Assembly (NCBI GenBank): GCA_023423015.1
Contig: JAFAGE010000298.1
Location: 1 to 31,126 of the forward strand
DNA from: Bacteroidota bacterium
Lineage (GTDB): Bacteria; Bacteroidota; Bacteroidia; Chitinophagales; Chitinophagaceae
Reading direction: 5' to 3'
Length of the DNA stretch: 31,126 nt
Shown one piece after another: positions 18,948-26,236 of this stretch. Made by a program: the position numbers and the translations under genes. The first letter of the stretch is position 1, and each line of letters opens with the position of its first letter. The notes below the pieces were generated by a model. The model was not told where the DNA came from, searched no databases, and saw only the letters and a list, made by a program, of their open reading frames with translations.

Positions 18948-19938
18948 AGAATTGCTTCAACCCTCTGAAGTATTAATTAGCGACGTTGCCAACCTCGAAG
19001 GCGACATCATCGTTCTTGGTGCTGGCGGAAAAATGGGCCCCGCACTTTGCAAACTTGCGCAGCAATCTGCCCGGGCAGCAGGTGTTAATAGAAAGATCAT
19101 TGCCATTTCAAGATTCAGGGAAGAAGGTGTGCAGGACGACCTGAACCGTGAAGGCATCACTACCATCAATGCCGACCTGCTCAACGAAGATGAATTGCAG
19201 GCTTTGCCGGAAGCACCTAATGTGATTTATATGGCAGGCATGAAATTCGGCTCCTCCGGTAATGCCCCACTCACCTGGGCAATGAACACATATCTTCCGG
19301 GACGTGTGGCTGAAAAATACAGGGATTCGCGCATCGTGGTTTTCTCCACCGGTAACGTCTACCCTTTGATGCCGGTATTTTCGGGTGGAGCTTCCGAACA
19401 CGTCAATCCAGATCCGGTTGGAGAATACGCACAGTCTTGTCTTGGGCGTGAACGGATGTTCACCTATTTCAGCAATAAATACGGAAATCCTGTTCTGATG
19501 TACCGCCTTAACTATGCAAACGATGTTACGTATGGCGTGTTGCATGAACTGGCTATGTCGGTTAAAAATGGTAAGCCCATTGATCTCTCAATGGGGCATT
19601 TCAACGCCATCTGGCAGGGAGATGCCAATGAAATTGCTATCCGTGCTTTACATCATTGCTCTTCACCATCGAAGTTGCTCAACATAACAGGGCCCGAAAC
19701 CGTTTCTGTACGCTGGTGTGCAACGGAGTTCGGCAAAATGTTTGAACGTGATCCCGTATTCACAGGCACAGAACAGCCGACAGCGTTATTGAACAATGCA
19801 GCGGAATGTTTCCGCCTTTTTGGATATCCCAATGTGTCGCTATACACGATGATGCAGCTGCTTGTGCAATGGATCAATGCCGGGGGAAAACGATTGAATA
19901 AACCTACACATTTCCAGGAACGAAAAGGACAATTCTAA
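18922..19938 (+). CDS. NAD(P)-dependent epimerase/dehydratase family protein (extended SDR, atypical active site)
   Basis: Rossmann GAGGKMG, FSTGNVY, and YAQSC at the YxxxK position. Confidence 0.85.
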   Translation: MNDPQKWYEELLQPSEVLISDVANLEGDIIVLGAGGKMGPALCKLAQQSARAAGVNRKIIAISRFREEGVQDDLNREGITTINADLLNEDELQALPEAPNVIYMAGMKFGSSGNAPLTWAMNTYLPGRVAEKYRDSRIVVFSTGNVYPLMPVFSGGASEHVNPDPVGEYAQSCLGRERMFTYFSNKYGNPVLMYRLNYANDVTYGVLHELAMSVKNGKPIDLSMGHFNAIWQGDANEIAIRALHHCSSPSKLLNITGPETVSVRWCATEFGKMFERDPVFTGTEQPTALLNNAAECFRLFGYPNVSLYTMMQLLVQWINAGGKRLNKPTHFQERKGQF

Positions 19939-21005
19939 TGAACTACGCACAACCATCGAAACATATATTGGAATTATTATACGCGGGCACGGTGATTCCG
20001 GCACATCCGCTGGCACTTACTGCTGAACGTAAACTGAATGAAGAAAGACAGCGGCTGCTTACACGTTATTATCTCGCTGCCGGAGCAGGGGGAGTTGCCG
20101 TAGGCGTGCACACTACACAGTTTGAAATCAGGAAGCCCGAATTCAATATGCTGGAACCTGTTCTTCAACTGGCTGCTGAAGAAATAGAGGCATCAGGGAA
20201 AAACAAAAATTTTATCCGCGTAGCCGGCATAACAGGCCCGGCAGAAACAGCAGTCGCAGAAGCTGAACTTGCCGTAAAATATGGTTATCATTTTGGGCTT
20301 CTCAGCAATGGTGGATTAAATACCCTTTCCGAAGATGAATTGATCGAACGCGCAAAGAAAGTTGCTGCAATAATCCCTCTTTTTGGATTCTACCTTCAAC
20401 CCGCTGCCGGAGGAAGATTGCTGAGTTATAATTTCTGGAGGAAATTTGTAGAGATCCCGAATGTATATGCCATCAAGATTGCTGCGTTTAACCGATACCA
20501 GACCATCGACGTGGTGCGCGCAGTGTGTGAAAGCAAACGCAGCAGCGAAATTGCTTTATACACGGGCAACGACGACAATATCATTGCAGATCTTATCACT
20601 CCCTATCGCTTTGCTGCAAATGGTAAACAGGTAGAAAAAAGATTCATCGGTGGTTTACTCGGTCACTGGGCGGTGTGGACAAGTAAAGCCGTGCAATTAC
20701 TTGAGCAGGCAAAATCCAGGAATACAAGCGAAGAAGAACTATTGTCTATCGGTATCGCTGTTACGGATATGAACGCGGCCATCTTCGACACGGCAAATAA
20801 TTTTCATGGGTGTATTCCGGGCATACATGAAATACTTCGCAGGCAGGGATTGATTGAAGGAACCTGGTGCCTCAACCCAAATGAGGTGCTATCCCCGGGC
20901 CAAAAAGAAGAGATAGACCGCGTTTGCCGCGACTACGCGCATTTAACTGATGATGCTTTCGTAAGCAACTTTTTGAAAAAGGAAACCTCAACTACTCATG
21001 CTTAA
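19938..21005 (+). CDS. DHDPS/NAL-family class I aldolase-like protein (probably not DapA)
   Basis: Y152 (FYLQ) and K180 (AIKIA) are 28 residues apart, as in DHDPS Y133/K161; YTGNDD present; GVHTTQFE replaces GTTGE. Confidence 0.8.
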   Translation: MNYAQPSKHILELLYAGTVIPAHPLALTAERKLNEERQRLLTRYYLAAGAGGVAVGVHTTQFEIRKPEFNMLEPVLQLAAEEIEASGKNKNFIRVAGITGPAETAVAEAELAVKYGYHFGLLSNGGLNTLSEDELIERAKKVAAIIPLFGFYLQPAAGGRLLSYNFWRKFVEIPNVYAIKIAAFNRYQTIDVVRAVCESKRSSEIALYTGNDDNIIADLITPYRFAANGKQVEKRFIGGLLGHWAVWTSKAVQLLEQAKSRNTSEEELLSIGIAVTDMNAAIFDTANNFHGCIPGIHEILRRQGLIEGTWCLNPNEVLSPGQKEEIDRVCRDYAHLTDDAFVSNFLKKETSTTHA

Positions 21006-22182
21006 GGATAAAGTATTGAAACTTGCGTCGCAGCAACATTCAACGGTAATCAATAACCGAAGATACCTGCATAAAAATCCGGAGCTTTCTTTTGAAGAAT
21101 TCCGTACGTCGGCTTTTGTTAAGGAACGCCTTGATGAACTTGGCATTCCATGGATAAGTATGGCGAACACCGGCGTGGTAGGTACAATCACCGGACGCAA
21201 ACCATCGCAGGCAAGAATTGCATTACGTGCTGACATGGATGCCTTGCCTATAATCGAAGAAAATAAGATTGAATATGCCTCTGTCAAGACGGGAGTAATG
21301 CACGCGTGCGGTCACGACGCACATACATCATCACTGCTGGGTACAGCAGCAATACTGCAATCCATGCGCGATGATTTTGGGGGAAGCGTGAAACTGATCT
21401 TTCAACCCGGTGAAGAAAAACTACCTGGCGGCGCAAGCCTGATGATACGTGAAGGTGTGCTGGACCAGGATAAACCTTCAGCTGTGATCGGGCAACACGT
21501 GTCGCCGATGCTGCAGGCCGGCAAAGTGGGCATACGTCCCGGAAAGTTTATGGCGTCGATGGATGAAATTAAAGTTACCGTTCATGGCCGGGGCGGACAT
21601 GGAGCTCAACCACACATGAACATAGATCCTGTAATGATTGCAGCGCAAATACTTACTGCGCTGCAACAGGTGGTAAGCCGCATGGCAAATCCAACTTTGC
21701 CTACTGTGTTGTCGTTCGGAAAAGTTGTCGCAAATGGCGCAATCAATGTGATCCCAGATTCAGTTTACATGGAGGGCACATTTCGTACGCTGCAGGAAGA
21801 CTGGCGCGACGAGGCACATGCCCGCATGAAAAAAATAGCGAACAACATTGCAGAAGCAATGGGCGGTTCATGCGAATTTAATATCATTAAAGGTTATCCT
21901 TTTCTCATTAATGATGAACAACTGAGCGCACAGGTGAGATCTTATGCAGAAGAATACCTTGGTGCAGAAAATGTGGTGACGGAAAATATATGGATGGCTT
22001 CGGAAGACTTTGCGCTGTTTTCCCAGAACGCAAGTGCGTGTTTCTACCTGCTCGGCGTCAGGAATGAAAAACAAGGCATCGTTTCTTCGCTTCATACGCC
22101 AACGTTTAATCTCGATGAAAGCGCGCTCGAAAAAAGCACGGGCCTGATGGCATATATTGCACTAAAACAATTAGGTAATTAG
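20998..22182 (+). CDS. M20D family amidohydrolase (aminoacylase/hippurate hydrolase-like)
   Basis: LHKNPELSFEE, LRADMDALPI, MHACGHD, FQPGEE, GGHGAQPH, SEDF and SLHTPTF. Confidence 0.93.
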   Translation: MLKDKVLKLASQQHSTVINNRRYLHKNPELSFEEFRTSAFVKERLDELGIPWISMANTGVVGTITGRKPSQARIALRADMDALPIIEENKIEYASVKTGVMHACGHDAHTSSLLGTAAILQSMRDDFGGSVKLIFQPGEEKLPGGASLMIREGVLDQDKPSAVIGQHVSPMLQAGKVGIRPGKFMASMDEIKVTVHGRGGHGAQPHMNIDPVMIAAQILTALQQVVSRMANPTLPTVLSFGKVVANGAINVIPDSVYMEGTFRTLQEDWRDEAHARMKKIANNIAEAMGGSCEFNIIKGYPFLINDEQLSAQVRSYAEEYLGAENVVTENIWMASEDFALFSQNASACFYLLGVRNEKQGIVSSLHTPTFNLDESALEKSTGLMAYIALKQLGN

Positions 22183-23201
22183 TGAAAGCAGTTTGGGCAG
22201 GATGTTTACTCTGTGTAGTACTTGTATCATTCAACGAATTTGACAAACTCAATTCCGTCAGATCTTTTCATCTGAATGGACATGCACAGGGCACAACATG
22301 GTCGGCCATCTATTATGCAGAAGATTCACTTGTCCGCAGGCATGAAATTGACAGTGTGCTGGATATGATTGACAGCTCCATGTCGCTTTACAAGCCCTAC
22401 TCTGCCATTGTACGTTTCAACAGCAGTAAAACAGGTGTAAAGATCGACGGCCATTTCCGAAAGGTTGTAGAACACGCCTTACAGGTAAGCGAAGAAACAA
22501 ATGGCCTGTTTGACATTACCATCGGTGCATTGAGCAATGCCTGGGGATTCGGGACTCAACCACATCATGGAGTTGCAAGGAAGAGGGACATCAGTCGAAT
22601 CAGGAATAAATGCACAGGATTTAAAAAGATCAGGTTGGATGGTGATTCATTGGTTAAGCAAAATCCGTGCATTCAACTCGATGTTAATGGGATTGCGCAG
22701 GGATATACTGTAGATCTGCTGGCAGCGCTCTTCGAATCAAAAGGCTTGCAGAATTATCTTGTTGAAATCGGCGGAGAAATCAGGGTAAGTGGTAAAAAAC
22801 AACCAGGCGGTGAACCATTCAGAATTGGAATCGAGGCACCCGGAGAAGAGAGTTTTGCAGATGAGTTCGACAGGAAGCTAATTTCTGTAGATCGCGGTGC
22901 GGTTACCACATCGGGCAGTTACAGGAAATTTATTGAAAATAAGGGACAACGTTTATCGCACATTATAGACCCTCGCACGGGATATCCAACAAAAAACCAG
23001 GTAGTCAGTGTAACTGTAGTTGCAAAAGATGCTACTACAGCCGACGCTTACGATAATGTATTAATGTTGATGAAAATAAATGAAGCAATTCAGTTTGCTG
23101 AAACCCGTGGCCTTCATGCGCACTTTGTATATCAACACCCCGACGGCAGCCTCACCGACACTGCAACATCAAACTGGAATATTATAGAGTACAAACGATA
23201 A
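22182..23201 (+). CDS. apbE: FAD:protein FMN transferase (ApbE family), exported
   Basis: AQGTTW, GLFDITIG, LDVNGIAQGY, VEIGGEI, TTSGSY, SHIIDPRTGYP and ADAYD; hydrophobic N-terminus; GTG start shares a base with the upstream TAG. Confidence 0.92.
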   Translation: MKAVWAGCLLCVVLVSFNEFDKLNSVRSFHLNGHAQGTTWSAIYYAEDSLVRRHEIDSVLDMIDSSMSLYKPYSAIVRFNSSKTGVKIDGHFRKVVEHALQVSEETNGLFDITIGALSNAWGFGTQPHHGVARKRDISRIRNKCTGFKKIRLDGDSLVKQNPCIQLDVNGIAQGYTVDLLAALFESKGLQNYLVEIGGEIRVSGKKQPGGEPFRIGIEAPGEESFADEFDRKLISVDRGAVTTSGSYRKFIENKGQRLSHIIDPRTGYPTKNQVVSVTVVAKDATTADAYDNVLMLMKINEAIQFAETRGLHAHFVYQHPDGSLTDTATSNWNIIEYKR

Positions 23202-23206
23202 TCGAT

Positions 23207-23255
23207 CTCACCTTTCACCGCTCACCTCTCACCTCTCACCTTTCACTTCTCACAG
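23207..23255. repeat. Tandem heptamer array, 7 units, consensus (C/T)TCACCT
   Basis: ctcacct-ttcaccg-ctcacct-ctcacct-ctcacct-ttcactt-ctcacag between convergent genes. The last unit contains the TGA stop (23250-23252) of the TraB/GumN gene. Confidence 0.92.
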
Positions 23256-24197
23256 CTTCTCCCCTTCCGGCAATGCGGCTTCCCTGTTTTCCAGTGCCTT
23301 CACAGTAAATCCTTCAGATTGTAATAGTTTAATCAGGCCTTTTTCTCCACCGAGATGGCCAGCACCCACTGCGAATAGCGTAGGCATCTGGAATACCTGT
23401 TCTGAAATCTGCGATATCCACCGTTTATTACGGTCGTAAAGAAGAACCTCCATAAAATCCGCCATACCGGGATCGTAGTCCACCATCATCTTCTCCATTT
23501 TCTCAACGTCCTGCTGACGATAAAGTTCCATCAGTTCAAGTGTGTTCTTTTTGTACTTGTCAATGCTGTCTACATAATTTACCAGGTCTTTAGCCTGCTT
23601 TTCATAAGGTATTTTATCAAAAATGGAAGCCTGGAATTCAATGGTCTCCAAACCCAACACTTCCTTGTCGTTGTTGCGCGCTTCGGTCATGATGATTTGT
23701 TCAACGCTGCTTTTTGATTCACAGTCCATCATACTTTCGCTTATAAGAGCTGTAATAAAATACGGTTTGAATCTGCCCATCATGGCAAATGGAATCGGGC
23801 TTTTATTCTGCGAAAAGTATTGTTCCAGGCGGGCATATTCTTCCGGGGTAACCAGATCAGAGATCTTCAGGTTATTATTCATGCGTGCATGATTCAACAC
23901 GCCCATCATTTCTTCCATGTTGTCCATGTCTACTTCGAAATACACCTGTTTTGCCTTTCCGATGGCGGACTTCAGCCCTTTACTCATCTTCACATCATCG
24001 CTGCAGGCAATGTGCATGGTACCGTATAAATACGAGGGAGTTGTAAGGCCCCTGCCTGAAATTTCGTATAATAAAGAATTACTGTCTGCCACCTTCTTTT
24101 GAGTGTTTTTTTCTGTTGCTGGCTTGTTTTGCTGGCTATAACAAGCACCCGTAACCGATACCAGGAAAAATATTGCTACTGATTTAACTAACAGCAT
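23250..24197 (-). CDS. TraB/GumN family protein (TIKI-like metallopeptidase fold), exported
   Basis: SYLYGTMH, YFEVD, GLET, DRNKRW and FAVGAGHL; N-terminal signal ending TGACYS|Q (lipoprotein versus SPI ambiguous). Confidence 0.9.
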   Translation of the reverse strand: MLLVKSVAIFFLVSVTGACYSQQNKPATEKNTQKKVADSNSLLYEISGRGLTTPSYLYGTMHIACSDDVKMSKGLKSAIGKAKQVYFEVDMDNMEEMMGVLNHARMNNNLKISDLVTPEEYARLEQYFSQNKSPIPFAMMGRFKPYFITALISESMMDCESKSSVEQIIMTEARNNDKEVLGLETIEFQASIFDKIPYEKQAKDLVNYVDSIDKYKKNTLELMELYRQQDVEKMEKMMVDYDPGMADFMEVLLYDRNKRWISQISEQVFQMPTLFAVGAGHLGGEKGLIKLLQSEGFTVKALENREAALPEGEKL

Positions 24198-24284
24198 ACT
24201 AAGTAGATTTACTTATTTTTTAATAGGGGGCTTTCATTCCGGATTTAATTGTATTAACCTTGTTTTCTAAACCTTCCTAAACCC

Positions 24285-26219
24285 ATGCGTCTTACCTTAC
24301 TTGCGGCGCTACTGCTGCCGTTGATCGTCTTCAGCCAGAAGAAAGAATCCCTGCCGGCTTTCGGCAAAATAGACAAACAGGAACTTATTTCCAATTCGTG
24401 CGAATTCGACAAAGATGCCGGTGCAATGGTGCTCTTTGAAAATGCGCGTCGCAAATTCGACTTCTATGGCGACCGGCCAAATTCAGAACTCCGCCGTCAC
24501 GTTCGAATGAAAATCCTCTCCGACAAAGGTCGTGATTATGCAGACATTCACGTCTTTTATAATCATGCCAACCACGAGAGTATCGTCGACATTGACGCCC
24601 AGGCGTACAACTTAGACGAAGCCGGAAACATCGTGGTGACGAAAGTGGAAAAATCCTCCGTGTATTATAAGAAAATTAACAACCGCGTATCGGAAGTCGT
24701 GTTCACATTTCCGAACATTAAAGCGGGTACCGTGGTAGAATATCGCTATTTACATCGGGGTTTTTACCGGAAAGACTGGATGTTACAGAAAGCCATTCCG
24801 GTGAAATACACGCGCTACGAAGTTGATTTCCCGGTTATGTTCGAGGTGCACACCATGCCTCATTGCGTGCTTCCGTTTTCATCTGTCGATCAATCTACAT
24901 CCCTCCGCACGGTGAAGGTGTTTTCAATGGAAAACATTCCGGGACTTCGCGATGAGTCGTATATGACCTCAGACGACGATTACCTGCAACGCGTAGAATC
25001 GTGGGTGACGGCATATTATGTTGGCGGCCGCAGATATCCTCTTACTAAAACATGGCCGGAAATCGCAAAACTTTTGCTCGACGATGAAGACCTTGGATTA
25101 CAACTGAAGAAAAATATTTCCAGGACCCAGGATCTCGACCTGATGTTGCAGGGTGTTCAGGATCCTTTCAGACGCATGTCGATCATACACAAATATGTGG
25201 CAAAGAATATGACATGGGATGGTATAGATAATTTCTGGGCAGCCAGCGGCGTAAAAACAGCATGGAAGGATAAGGTCGGTACTTCCGGAGAAATAAACCT
25301 GATTCTTATTAATCTGCTGCGCGACGCCGGCCTTGATGCCAGGCCCGTAATGGTAAGTACGCGCGAGAATGGAAGGATCACCACGTTTTATCCCGATGCA
25401 TCGCAGTTTAATAAAGTGCTTGCCTACGTAACAATTGGTGATAAAAAATACGTGCTCGATGGAACAGATAAACTCACGCCATCGCACATTATTCCCTACG
25501 ACGTGATGTATTCGGAGGGATTGCTGCTCGACGAGAAAAACCCAAACAAATTTGAATGGGTGGAATTGTGGGATGGATTACGATTGGAGAAAAATACAGT
25601 GTTCTACCAGGCAAAGATAGATGCAGAAGGTAAGATTGCAGGACACGCTACAGTAAGCAGCGCTGATTATGCACGTTTAAAACGCATCAAAGCACTTTCT
25701 GATCAGAAGAAATATATAGAACTTTTTCTTCAGCCTGAAAAATTCAGTTTACAGGTAGACAGCTTCAAGGTTAAGAATCAGGATGCGGATACACTCCCGC
25801 TTGTGCAGGATTTTGATTTTACCGGGGCACTGAATTCATCGGGTGAATACAGCTTCATCAATCTGAATATGTTTTCGGGCATGGCAAATAACCCGTTTAT
25901 CGCCGATACCCGCTTTTCCGACGTATTCTTCGGTACGAACCAAAGTCACACCATTGTAAGCAGTGTCCGTATCCCTGAGGGTTACACGTTCGAGGAAGTT
26001 CCGAAAAATATGCGCATGGTACTGGAAGATCAAAGCCTTGTTGTTACCCGGATGATGCAGGTAACCGGTACAATGCTGAACGCAAAAATCAGCATAGAAT
26101 TTAAAAAACCATTCTATGCTCCCGACGAATACGACGATCTGAAGGAATTCTATAAAAAGATGTATTCGATGCTCGACGAGCAGATTGTTTTCAAGAAAAA
26201 TTCCGTAGCAAGCAACTGA
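24285..26219 (+). CDS. DUF3857 / transglutaminase-like / DUF3858 secreted protein lacking catalytic Cys and His
   Basis: Signal VFS|Q; DUF3857-like FTFPNIKAGTVVEYRY; TGase-fold region with GTSGEINL, FNKV and VLDGT; C-terminal IPEGYTFEEVPK. Confidence 0.8.
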   Translation: MRLTLLAALLLPLIVFSQKKESLPAFGKIDKQELISNSCEFDKDAGAMVLFENARRKFDFYGDRPNSELRRHVRMKILSDKGRDYADIHVFYNHANHESIVDIDAQAYNLDEAGNIVVTKVEKSSVYYKKINNRVSEVVFTFPNIKAGTVVEYRYLHRGFYRKDWMLQKAIPVKYTRYEVDFPVMFEVHTMPHCVLPFSSVDQSTSLRTVKVFSMENIPGLRDESYMTSDDDYLQRVESWVTAYYVGGRRYPLTKTWPEIAKLLLDDEDLGLQLKKNISRTQDLDLMLQGVQDPFRRMSIIHKYVAKNMTWDGIDNFWAASGVKTAWKDKVGTSGEINLILINLLRDAGLDARPVMVSTRENGRITTFYPDASQFNKVLAYVTIGDKKYVLDGTDKLTPSHIIPYDVMYSEGLLLDEKNPNKFEWVELWDGLRLEKNTVFYQAKIDAEGKIAGHATVSSADYARLKRIKALSDQKKYIELFLQPEKFSLQVDSFKVKNQDADTLPLVQDFDFTGALNSSGEYSFINLNMFSGMANNPFIADTRFSDVFFGTNQSHTIVSSVRIPEGYTFEEVPKNMRMVLEDQSLVVTRMMQVTGTMLNAKISIEFKKPFYAPDEYDDLKEFYKKMYSMLDEQIVFKKNSVASN

Positions 26220-26236
26220 CCTTAATCCAAATAAAC

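Noticed and set aside
23207..23255. Heptamer arrays as CRISPR, REP or intrinsic terminator
   Set aside because: No spacers, no cas genes, no inverted-repeat stem and no U-tract.
16289..23255. Sugar operon as a mobile genomic island
   Set aside because: No integrase, transposase, tRNA or flanking direct repeat seen, and I could not compute a composition shift.
23250..24197. TraB name as evidence of a conjugative element
   Set aside because: TraB/GumN is a peptidase-fold family unrelated to type IV secretion; no relaxase, integrase or tra cluster is present.
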